Shown here: positions 52,672 through 64,000 of the stretch, one piece after another
Position numbering within the stretch: position 1 is the stretch's first letter
How the letters are laid out: each line of letters starts with the position of its first letter
DNA from: Lama guanicoe
Lineage: Eukaryota
DNA: 64,000 bases
Direction: 5' to 3'
NCBI GenBank assembly: GCA_013239625.1
Contig: MU053881.1
Location: 8,703,957 to 8,767,956 of the forward strand
Notes under the pieces: generated by a model
What the model was told of the DNA's origin: nothing
Databases searched by the model: none
The model's input: the letters and a program-made list of their open reading frames with translations, nothing else
Position numbers and translations under genes: made by a program

Positions 52672-54160
52672 AATAGTCAACTCTAATATAGTATTTACTG
52701 TGTGCTAGACACTAAGAAATTTTAAATATCTAGATAGGAAATGTTTTTGCCGATCACATATGGCAGAATATCAGTAATTTTTATCTGGTCTCGCTTAAAT
52801 ATATTAATCGCTTATTACAATAGCTCCAGAGACAGATACGTTTATTATACCCGTTTATAGCTGAAGAAACTACAGAGGAAGATGTTAAATAAATTGGTCG
52901 TTGCAGCGTCAGTCGTAGCTTTGAACCTGGGGGCTTTGAACTTGGGGACTCTGGCTCAGAATATTTAACCGTAATACTTTCTGCCCCTCATAGCAAAAGT
53001 GCCAATAAAGGATGCTGCCTTCCGCCTCAAGGCCAGACTCCATGCATCAGGTGCACTGTAGGTAAAGTATACTTTGGGGGAAACAGGAGAACACGGTGAT
53101 TAGAGTAGCTCTGGAGCCAGGAAGACTTGCCTTCAAATCCAGGTCTCCCTGGCCCTTCACATCCATGAGGCTCTGACAAAGCTTTGTTTCATTTAGTGTC
53201 TTGATTTCTCAGACCCTCTGTTTCCTCCTCTATAAAATGGGAATCTTAAAACTCCCTGCCTCCCAAGGAGTGTTGTGTCACATCAAATCAAACAAAGCAA
53301 AGCACTTAGCTTGACACAGAGTGATGAACTCAACAAACACGTTACCGCGTGACCAGAAGTAACGTGGTCTGTCTGGAGGAAAGTGTCTTTCAGATTCCAA
53401 AGAGCTAGATTTCAAGCAAATAGTCATTCCTAAACTGGAGATGGCCTGCCTCCTGTACTAAAACCTCAGAATCTGATGTGGGAAAATGCTTCAGGACGGT
53501 CTCCTCTGGACTCATTTTACAGGGGAGGTCACAGAGACCAGCCCAGAAGGGTTAAACACCTTGGCAGAGAGGCCACGCACAGCTGCTGAGAAGCACAGAT
53601 CTCTGATCTCATTCGCTCCCACCTTACTGCACTGACTCTTGAAGCCATCCTTTTGGAGAGATGCTTGAAAGGGGAGTGTCAGACCTGCTGACCTGACTCC
53701 CAGATTTCATGCGCGTGTGGTATCGCTGGCAATGCTAAGCAGTGGTTGGGAGGCACAGTTGGGTGGGGAAGGGAGGCGAGCGGGGCCATTCCAAATGATG
53801 TCCATCAAACCTTCTCCAAAGCTACCGCAAATACACAGTCTAGGTAAGAACAGCGCGTTTCCTATGCAAATGAAGCTTCAAGACAAGTCCTCCAACCTCC
53901 CTCTTTCCACTGAGATTGCCACCTTGAATTCCCTCCTATGTGAATATGTGGGAGATGCCTCTGTGTAAAAAACACGTTAAGCAGCAACACTGACTACATT
54001 TAACCTGATATCTGCAAAGTCCGTGTGCTCACGTGATTAGGCTCGAGTAGCGTGGGAGAGCTCGGTTAACGAGCATTTCCCAATCTCCTCCTTTGTGCTT
54101 GATGCTCAGCGAGGCGCTGAAGGGGCATGGTGACTAAGACTTTGCTGCCTTCCACAAGGC

Positions 54161-54351
54161 CAGTGGTGTCAGGCTGTGGTTCCCAGACCAGCAGAATCAG
54201 CATCCTCAGAGAACTTGTTAGAAATGCAAATTATTGGGCCCCACTCCAGACCTGTAAGTCAGAAACTTCAGGCAGGGGTAGAGCCCGGGCGCCTGTGCAT
54301 GAACAAGCCCTCTGAGTGATTCTGATGGAGGCTCAGGTTTGAGAACCACTG
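54161..54351. mobile_element. MER5A-like hAT-Charlie MITE
   Basis: cagtggt...ccagcagaatcagcatc...cttgttagaaatgcaaatt...gtttgagaaccactg, with terminal inverted repeats. Confidence 0.8.
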
Positions 54352-55674
54352 GTACTGCATGAAGCAAGGCAGACAACACCCAGTGAAGGAAAACACGAAG
54401 GGTGGGAACAAGCTCCCCTTGTCTATTTCCAGGAAGGCGGAGGAGGTGAAATCCACAAGGCCTCCCGCCAGGTGTGCGTGAGGTCTCCGCCCACCCGGGC
54501 AGGATGCCACAAGCCGCTGGGAAGATGCAGTGTGGAAACGAGATGCTCAAGCCAGGGTGGAGAGATGGAAACAAAGCCAGACTCAGCCTGGGGCCAGCGT
54601 GAAGTAGGGAAACAGGTCAAGTCCCTCCCCAGCCTGGCACCTCTCCCTCCTGCGCCTGCTCTCTGTCTGTTCTGCATATCCAGGAGGACCCGTTATCAGA
54701 CACCCACTGCCACCTCCAGACTCAGCAGTGCCACGTGTATGAATGCTTTCCCACCACGCTGCAAGTTTCCTGGACTCCCATCCAACGTTCTAAGAACTCT
54801 GCTTTCCAAATGATCAGCCACTTCAATAGAATTACAAAAATCTGTTGGAACTTGACATACGAATTCATGCACAGCCCTCCCCACACCTTCACATTTTTCT
54901 ACCATTAGTGGATGTGCAATTATGGAGGTAATTAATGATTTAAGCCAAACATTATATAAACTCTAAGGGTGGAAATTTTAGGCATTGTGCCAGGCAGGGC
55001 TGAGGAGGTATTTTTAGAGAGAAGATATCTGAGACAGCGGCCCTGAGATGGCTTCCTCCTGCTGTCTCTGGTCAGCCCTGCCTGTGGTTGTGCGGACCTA
55101 AGGCAGGTAGCCTTGGGGGGGGGTGTGGTCTGTCTGGCAGAATGACTGCGTCCCGTTCCCCCTTCTCGGGCACAGAGCCAGGGGCATCTGATTGGGCATA
55201 CCTGTCTGTAAGCTCTCTTGGGACAAGTTCCTCTTTTCTTTAGTCCAGGAGGCTGAACCCATGAGTTTGCGCTGAACAGCTCCATATTAGCTTAGGACTG
55301 GTAAGGCTCAGCTTGACCTAGCTAAATTGGAAAAGGGAAATTTTTGGAAGGCTGTTAAGATAGCTTGTGGAGGTGAAGGAGTAGCTCGTCCACGAAGCCC
55401 GGTTTTTATTCTCTGTCAATGGGCTTTCTCCTTAAAGGTAACCATAGCCTACAAGGAAGGCCAGACCTCTATTCTTACCCCCTTGCGCCACCTGAGAAGA
55501 GACAGCTTCATTTCTCCAGCATCACTTTTAGACATCCAAGTCAAGGACTCTGGTTGTCTGAGCTGAGGTTACATGCCCTTCCTTGGGTCTGTCACTGTGG
55601 CCATGAAGGAAAGATATGGCTATGGGCCTGACCTGAAGACGAGATGAAAAGAATGTTCAGCATAGACCTGGCCA

Positions 55675-55834
55675 CCAAGTAAAGTTGCCAGAATTAGCAA
55701 ATAAAAACACAGGATGCTCGTTAAATTTTGAATTTCCCATGCAACATTCAGAACGTACTTCTACTAAAAGCATTATTCGCTATTTATCTGAAATAGATTT
55801 AACTGGGATCCCACACTGAATCTGGTAACCCTGT
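55675..55834. mobile_element. MER53-like DNA element
   Basis: gttgccagaattagcaaataaaaacacaggatgctcgttaaatt...tttatctgaaat...tctggtaaccctg; inverted termini. Confidence 0.65.
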
Positions 55835-57537
55835 CACCAAGGGGATTGGTGTGAGCCAGTCAGGCTCCCCATTTTGTGTCTACCCAGCCTGTTTAAACCC
55901 TTGAAGAGGCACAGAGTTCTTTGTGGAGCAAAGCACTATCCATGCCCAGAGGTGCCCCTGAGACCCCTCTCCGTGCCATGCTGGGATGTCTCTCTGCTCC
56001 GATGACAATCTGCATCGGGCATCCCCATGTTTCACAAAGTGTCAAAACTGCCTGGCTGTCTGGTGTGTAGAGCATAGTGGCTACTCTTTTTACCAACCGT
56101 ATTGGTTCCCAGGTGGGACCCTGAAGAACTTATCAGAAAGTTCAGCTAGGATCAAATTGTGACTCCGCTCTTGCCAAAGCTCCCTAGGGACAGCTGAGAG
56201 AGACAGAGTCAGCCTGAGGCTCACATCTGGCCCAAGCCCATCTCTCACGCTGGATGTTAGCGCCCTCCTTCTAGAAGGCTCACTGCAACCAGTTTATAAG
56301 TTCTGCTCCTCTCCAGTCTCGGCTGAAAATTGGGAACCTGAAGATCTCTGAAGTTCCATTTGTGCCAACGGTGTTGATTCCTGTAAATATTTACCCAACT
56401 TGCTCTGCAGTCAAGGCACAGCCATTGTCCCCTCTTCCTTCTGGAAGGAGGTTTATTACACAAGGTAATAGGTGATATCTTCTTACTATCACATAAATCT
56501 GCCGTAGTACCTTGTGTGCGGAACTTCTTAGACAGCAAGAACAAACAGTTGTTACTGAAACATTTCCACACAGAGGAAAACAGTAAAACCAGAAACAGAA
56601 GCGAAGCAACAAACACAACTCTTACAGAGATTTATTCTCTGTTAGAATATTTAACACAAGACAGAGAAGCCCACAGCGGACGTTCAGTTGCATTTCCTCA
56701 AGTTGGAAAAACCAAACCGTTCAACTTTATTTTCCTGGAGACAACACTTTCTTATTCTGGTGATAAGGAGTGACTTTTCAGCACCGAGTCTCTGAGAGAG
56801 AACCCTGAGCTGTGGGGTAAAGGACTGGGCTCAGATTTAGGCTGCACAAAGGCAGGGTGGACGGAAGATCAGTCTAGGCAAGATTTTGAGCTGCATAACT
56901 TTTCCTGTGTCTTCTTCAGTCTGTTAACAGAAGCCAGTGTGCCTGAAAAACTCTGGAAAAAAAACTTAGTGAAACAAGCTAGCCTAGGGGCCTCCGGGCA
57001 GACTGTTTGCATTTAAGGGCAAGGCTGTATTTCTTTTTTCTGGGAGAGCCCTGTGCACTTAGAACAGACTCCTTAATGAAGTGCCAATGATCTCACAGTT
57101 GACCTTCAATGTTCTTTCCACGCAGCCCTATGGTCAGGAGCCAGCTCTTACTGGGTAAGGGGACGTGGCTCTCAACAGCTTTTCTGGGAAATGTGCTTCA
57201 GGGGCACACGGGACCACATTGTCCGTGGGAGGGATGATCATTTTAATAAGTGGCATTAGCTGATTAGTTTATTTTTGCTGACTTTATTTTTCCCCCATTC
57301 CCTACTCCTAATTTTGTGTCCTTATTTCATATCGACCTTGGAAGGCTGATGGACCCTTCAATGGTTGCTGAGTGAACTGTCTTCACTAGTTCTAGCTGGA
57401 ATTCTAGAGGGGCAGTGACTAAATACGTGTGGTTCACTACTCTATAACCGAAACCCAGCACAGTCAAAACGGTCTTTATATAACTCCTTTTCTGCCAACC
57501 ACTGAGGTAGGTAAGGGCTAGTCAAGAACATTCTCAT

Positions 57538-57690
57538 ACAGGATCTTGTGGTAGCTCACAGTGAAAAAAAAAATGTGACAGTGAATATACGTATGTTCAT
57601 GTATAACTGAAAAATTGTGCTCTACACTGGAATTTGACACAGCATTGTAAAATGACTGTAACTCAATAAAAAAATTCTTTTTTTTAAAAA
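57538..57690 (+). mobile_element. Short L1 3' end, same subfamily as 18374-19148, inserted into a MIR
   Basis: acaggatcttgtggtagctcacag...tggaatttgacac is near-identical to 18966-19080. Perfect TSD aagaacattctcat at 57524-57537 and 57691-57704. Confidence 0.9.
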
Positions 57691-58430
57691 AAGAACATTC
57701 TCATTCAAGCTCTACAAAAGCCCTATGAGACAAGGCCTACTATTGTGCCCATTTTACAGGGAGGAAAACTGAGTGACAGGGAGGTTAAGTACCCTGCCTG
57801 TGCTCAGGTAGCTAGTGAATTAAAAAAAAAAAACACTCAAAACCAGGATTTGATCCTGAACAGCCTGGATTCTGGAGACTTGTCTCTTACTTTGTACCAG
57901 AAAATATTTGTGTTATAAATTAATAAATAAGTGGATGATTACTAAGATTCAAGTACTTTCTGTCAAAACCATGTTTTTTTTTTTTACCCTTCGTTGTCTG
58001 GCCCAGAATTCACATAAAATTCTCTAAAAGTACTGCCTGTTCCAGCATTCCTCTCCCTGACTCAGGTCTGTGGCCTTCCACACCCTCTACAGCTCATTCT
58101 GACTTCACCCTCCGTCGAGAGTGGGTGCGGTCAGGGTGGCCGCAGACCTGGCTTCACCCCCCGGAGCGTGGGCTATCCTCACGATCCTGTGACACGGACT
58201 CCCCGTGATGGGACTGCTAACTGCTCATCCCCACGCCAGGGGATACGCGTTTGGGTGGACACCGCTTCAGCCTGCTAACTGCATTGTAGAGGGTCCTCAG
58301 CAGCCAGAGGAACCGTGGGCCAGACGTCCTCAGGAAGGACAAGCTTCCCGTGCCTGGGCAGCGACGCCCCCCGGAGGCCCCAGTGAGGCCCACCTGACGT
58401 TGAGAAGAGCGAAGAACTGTACAAGATCCA

Positions 58431-58886
58431 AACCGCCAGCTTAGGGAGAACAGCGAGCAAGCAACACCCCAATCTTGCTGCACATACAGAGGGCACCCGC
58501 AAAACTGTGGTCTCTCGGTTTGCAAAGACGCCTGCCCCCCCCCCCACTTTTTGTTTTGGGCTCTAGAGCATCTCTCTATTAAAAAAAAATTCTGAAAACA
58601 AGAAAACTACAGATGGGGTGAGAAGGCTTTGGGTCAGAGGATCCAAATATCTTCTCAGACAACTCCCAGAAGTGGAAAGGAAAGTAAGAAAGTGAGATGG
58701 AGGTGGGGAAAGGGGAAAAGCCAAATCCGCGGAGCAAAAGCTCTGGCCTCCCAGCAGGAGCGAGGCAGCAAAAATGACACTCAAGTTTGGGCATATTTTC
58801 TGCTGCTGAGTTGAACATTACGTAAATAAGTGAGAACTATATTGGGGGTATAACCACCTTCTCTTTTTTTTTTTTCTGGGGTGGGG
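58431..58886 (+). repeat. Local duplication, copy 2 (~456 bp)
   Basis: Direct-orientation copy of 41096-41555. Confidence 0.95.
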
Positions 58887-60959
58887 CGGGATCATCAAAC
58901 TGTGATCATCTCCAGACAAGAGAACAGAGCAGTCGGAATTAGAAGTTGTGTTTCTGCTCACAACCCACACCCCAGTCCAGGTGGGCACCCATCATGGCCC
59001 TGGGAGAGGAGGCTCATCCTCTGAGCGCAGATGGGAGAGCAGGTCTCATGCTCAAGACTCAGGAGCGAATTAACCCTTCATGGCTGGTCAACACTACTCA
59101 CTAAGGCATTGAGGTTATTTTCAACAGCTTCTGGGTGGTCTCTTCATGTTCAAAACTGTCTCTCCATCTTTCCCTGCGTAATTTACACAATCCAATCTCG
59201 AATGGTGGGATTTCCGTCAGTCTCCCAGGATGTTTCTCTGACTCCATACCAAAAAGGTAGCCTGCTTGACCCGCCAACTTGCGTCTGCTCTTTGAAACCC
59301 TTACATAGTCGGCAGACAAGGGAACGCAGAGGAAAACGCTCCCTGTATCCCGCATTGCTCCCCAGTCAAGCCGCAGAGACCCCAGACTCGAGGCTTCCTT
59401 TTGAGGCTTCCTTTTGCCGCTTGGCTTCCGATTTTCAGTTCCCATTGGGGATACCTCGTGTTCTCAAGACAGCATCATCTGTCCATGCCCGCTGTCAGCG
59501 GGGAACAACCGCTCAACACTAGAACACACGGAGAACAGAAAGAAGGATTCCGCTTTCCAACCCAACCAGTTTCCAAGAACTGCAACTGAAGAGAAGTGTC
59601 AAACACTTTTCCACTTTAATCATTTCCGAAACTTTTACTGAATCTTCTCCTTTAAACAAATAACGCCATTAGCATGGGTGTTATGCAAATGAGATGCAGG
59701 GCCTGCACTTTTCTGGCTTCCTCCAAAATGTTTCAGAAAACTGATCACATCAAATATTTTTCAGTTTATGCAAAGCAGAACCTCTCCATACATTTTTTTC
59801 TAAGAACATGTAGTTTTTTCATTTGCATGTGAGTCCCAAGTGGCAAATTTACACTTGGAATGTAGGCTTAGCAAATTTCCATGGTCTGCTCTGCGTTGTG
59901 AAACTTAACCATAAAGTAGTCACTTTCACACGCCAAGGGCCTTAAGAATCTGAAATCGAACGAACTTAGAGGCACCTGGATGCAGGAACTGAGCACAGAG
60001 TCCGCACCAAGGAACCCTCTCTTCCCAGGGGAACACCATTTCGGTAGTTACCCAGCTCACAGGGTGGCCTTTCCAAAACCGACTTCAGGTCGTCTTGGAG
60101 AACTCAGGGACGGGAACACACTGCGTGGCTCAGAAACCGTTCAGATTTCCGGAATCCTCACATCCGCGTCTAAAAATCCCTTTTCCAACTGCTCTTCCCC
60201 AGTCTGGCAAGCAGGCCTGGCAATGCCACCGCCTCCCTGTCACTGAACAATGTTACGGCTTGAGAGGGCTATGCATGATCACACTTACTGTGGCATCAAC
60301 TCTTTTTTTGCTTAATTGTCCTGAGATCCTAGAAAGGAAACAAGCGTCTGTGCTGACAGAGGAGCTCAGCGTGAACTCTCATTTTTCACATGGAGCTAAT
60401 TAAAAACTGAAATTAGTTAAATATGGAAATGACACTTGCAAGCACTTTAGTAGAATTCTGGCAAAATCCCTCTGGAGTGCTGTGACATTACCTGCTGCTC
60501 CGAAACTCCCCAACTGAATTTCACAGTTAAAAGGCTGAGCAAAGGGAAAGTTAATATTATTGAGATTTCGGATTCAGAATGTCTGTAAAGCTCCAAATTA
60601 AATTTCACGGCTGGCCCTTGAGTGGCTGGCGATATGTAACGCAGACCAATGGAGTGGGCTCCTAACAATGTCCCTGCAACCAGGCGCTCCAATTACCCGT
60701 CTTTAGGAAGGGGACCGTGGGTGGGACAGGTGCGACAATCGGAAGGTTCACGGATGTATTTCCCGGGGAATCTGACTCAAGGCGGTTCACGTACATACTC
60801 AAGGCCGGTTCCAACAAAGAGCCCCGACTCGTGCGTGGGGTGTGATGGGTCCTGTTATGAAAATGGAACAGACTGCTTAGAGGTTACAAGTTACACGTCT
60901 CACATGGGTTCTCTTTATAGGGTGGATGGTCTGTCTGTGCGTACGCATGTACGTACGTG

Positions 60960-61002
60960 TATATAAACATATATATATATGTGTATATATATATATATAT
61001 AT
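60960..61002. repeat. (TA)n-rich microsatellite
   Basis: Visible dinucleotide run. Confidence 0.9.
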
Positions 61003-64000
61003 CTCCATCTCCCTGCCTCCGTGTATATGTCTTACAGACATTTGCCAATTTTTATTCATAATTGTGATATCCCATCACGAAGCATGGAGATCAAACAGCT
61101 TGAGCCTTAGGGCGAAGGGAGAATGGTCTCCCCTTAAAATCCCTGGTGGAAGAACTAGCTTTTCCAAACAGACAATGATGGAGCGAGATTCTTGAAGCAG
61201 AATCCCATTCAGGATGCTGTTGTCTTCCTCCCCAGGCAAAAAGCAGTACTGTTTGCTCCAGGGCAAATTACCGTGTTTGTCTACATCTGCATACAATTTA
61301 ATTAAACCCGCCTACGTGTCTGACGGCTCTGGATCTATGGCTGACGATCTGGGAAGTCCAGCCACTCTCCAAACAACTGGAGTGTTGTGATTTTATTGTT
61401 TTTTTCCGACACCCGGTCCATTTGCCCTCGAGGCATCCCCTCCTTCCTGGCGCCCGGTCCCGCCTGGGCAGGCCAGCGAGGGGAGCCGCGGAGCCAAAGC
61501 CAGCCCTGCTCCGTGACTCAGCTGGCCGGGCGCCGGCGGCGGGCTGGGCTGCCAGAAACACTTCTCTGGCAGCGCCGGCCCACATCTTCCCATCACACCC
61601 GGGCTTTGCTGGTCCGAGGCCGGGAACTCATCGCGGCTTACCCAGCTGGATGGGTGGGATGTTGCAGCTGTACCATCAGGCTGGCTTATTTTTATTGAAT
61701 TTTTGAATATCCAATTTCAAAGCAATTCAAATGAATTTGCCCGAGGCCTCTGATCAGTGTGGCCGCGGACACACTCGGCAGTAGGGTTTCGAAGTTCTTA
61801 TTTCTAAACAAAGGCAAGATTACAGAAGCTTCCCTTGTCAGGACCAGCGCCTCTAAAGAACCCTCTCTGCCAAGTCTGTTAGGTCACACGATGCCGGTGG
61901 CGGAAGCTCCTGTGCTAGTCTGGGTCCCTGGCTCTTTGGGCCACGTGGCCATGCAAGCCACCTCCACGGATGAAAGAAAGACAGGGGAGTGGAGTGGGTG
62001 GGGGCGTTAATAGGATGCGAAAGGATCCAGGACCTGGATGTTGGCCATGCAACGTTGCTTCCAGAGTGCAGGCTGGATACACAGGAGGCCCAAATGTGTG
62101 GCACTGAGCCGGCAGAGAGGGCTGTGGTGACCCCAGAGGGAGAAACAACCATTCAGGAAGTCAGGGAGAACTCGAGACTTGTCCCGACACAGTCGTTCCC
62201 CCCGCCTGCTCAAGACTGCACACACAAACAAACACCCCACCCTCTTTGGAAAGACTGCACTGATGACGGAATCCTTGTCCCATGGAGTCTTGCCGCCAGC
62301 TCCAAAAAGCCGTCTTCCCTCACCCCTGCCATCTTATCTAATCCTGCTACACTTGTGCCTGGAAGGCATTTGTTTTAAATGCACAGCACGAAACTTAACC
62401 CAAGTGGTAGAAGGCAGAAGAGTTGGGGAAAAAACCAGGCCTCACGAGAAAAAGCCCAACACAGCAGCTCGTGGCCGAGGGTGGTGAGGCAACCGAACAC
62501 CAGCCGCTCTGACTTCTTAGAGCAGGACCTGGGAGACATCCCAGGCAGCGCCGAGGAGGGCTGGACACTCACTGAGAACCGTTTTTAAGAAGCCTTGGGA
62601 CAAAACCAATTCAATAACTACTGAGTTTCCCAATCTGTTAACTCCTCCCCCCAAGGGTTAAAAAATAACTTCAAAGCAAAGAGCCAACTGGGATGTGGTG
62701 AATCAGAGCGACACTGGACAGTCAGCTTCCCAGGAGCAGGGCACCTGTCCGTTCTCTCCCGCACTCACCCCCAGCCCCCGGCACAGGGCCTGGCCCCTCG
62801 GAGGACATCATGAATATTTGTGGAGTGAATGAATGAACCAGTGCACAAGCGGTGTCCTTCTCTTAGGTCACCCGGGGTGCAAAATGGGTTTGAGAGTCAG
62901 CAAGACTCTTAATAGGGTCATTTCATTGTTAGATAGCATTGGGTAAATAATCTCTAGGCCTCAGATTTCCCATCTGCAAAATGTGTTTGATGGAAGTACC
63001 CACGGCATAGGGTTGTTTTGAAGACTAGCACGTGAACAGAAAGGGCCTGAGACCATTTAGAAGGGGTAGATCTTAATTCCCCTTCCATTTATACAGTCGG
63101 ATAAGTCACAACTCTTTTTACCCCGATCACTTATGTTCTCTCTTTGCATCATTCTATGGAGCCTGCCTTTAAAAAGAAAAAAAAAATCAAATACGCCAGA
63201 GTCTTTGTTTACTGAAAATTTTTATAGGCCTTCAAAAGTGGCTGTTTTGCTTGCTCAGTGCAGTCAGTGCTGGAGTATCCCTTGTGACCCTCAGGCGGGC
63301 ACTGTAAGTGAGGGAGCCATGAGGTTCCTTTAAGGACTAGCCCTCTAGGCCTGGATACAGAGTAAAGACACAGAAGTCAAAGCATGAAATAAACAGCACC
63401 AGGTTAAAGCAAAAATCCCAAGGAGAGAAGGAAAGGATGGTTACGATTGTCAAGAACCCAGTGGCTAGAGGCGGCTGGGGGAGGTGGGTAGATGCTTCTA
63501 GAAACCAGAGGGAGGAATGGCTGCCCTCAGGTCACTCCCCTCTGGTGCGAGACCCAGTCAGTTTTAAATCACTTGCTCCTTTGAGCAAACAGTGCTGCTG
63601 GTTAGTTATCCAGTACATGTTTTTAATTACAAGCTGAAAAAGTCATTCTGTAGCCCTGAAACCAGTGCCCTCATGCCTAAGAAGTGCTTTTTAATATTTA
63701 TACATCTAAAGAGGGTTTGCCCTTCCAGACACAGAAAATCATTAGGAAGCCTTCTCAGGAGGGTGTAACTTTGGTCAAGGTCATGGATAAATCTAAACTT
63801 CAGGTTTCAGCCAAGGCTTACCAGTAGGGGCCACTTTTGTGCCACAAACCACTCCGAACCCTTTCTCGACTTTATTTCTAGATTATCAATTTTTAAAGAG
63901 AGGAAAGGAACAAAAATATGCTTGTGAGACAAACCCGAGTGTATAAAAGTTGAAGAAACTTTGCTTTTTTTTTTCCCGCCTCGTTACTTGGCACATCTAT

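Noticed and set aside
56777..56795. REST/RE1-like TTCAGCACC
   Set aside because: Left half-site only; the GGACAG half is absent.

Overview
Mammalian genomic DNA, very probably camelid: there are five tRNA-Ala-derived SINEs resembling the camelid Vic-1 family. The whole window lies inside the teneurin-2 gene (TENM2) on the minus strand. Three internal coding exons are present: 38934-38812 (123 nt), 27463-27258 (206 nt) and 4328-4133 (196 nt). They have canonical AG/GT boundaries and phases that join in frame. Together they encode the juxtamembrane/Ig-like linker between the transmembrane helix and the EGF repeats, including the RERR furin-type site. The rest is intron with L1, L2, MIR, MLT, hAT-type MER elements, SINEs and microsatellites. 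Nearly all other ORFs in the track are spurious. I found no convincing new biological system. The most unusual observations are: a ~460-bp, ~90% identical duplication of apparently non-repeat intronic DNA 17.3 kb apart; twin GC hairpins just upstream of a splice acceptor; a candidate in-frame poison/terminal exon 150 nt after the 123-nt exon; an L1 with a 31-bp target-site duplication; and a SINE+L1 composite inside one TSD. Repeat family names are from recognition by eye, not from a database search.
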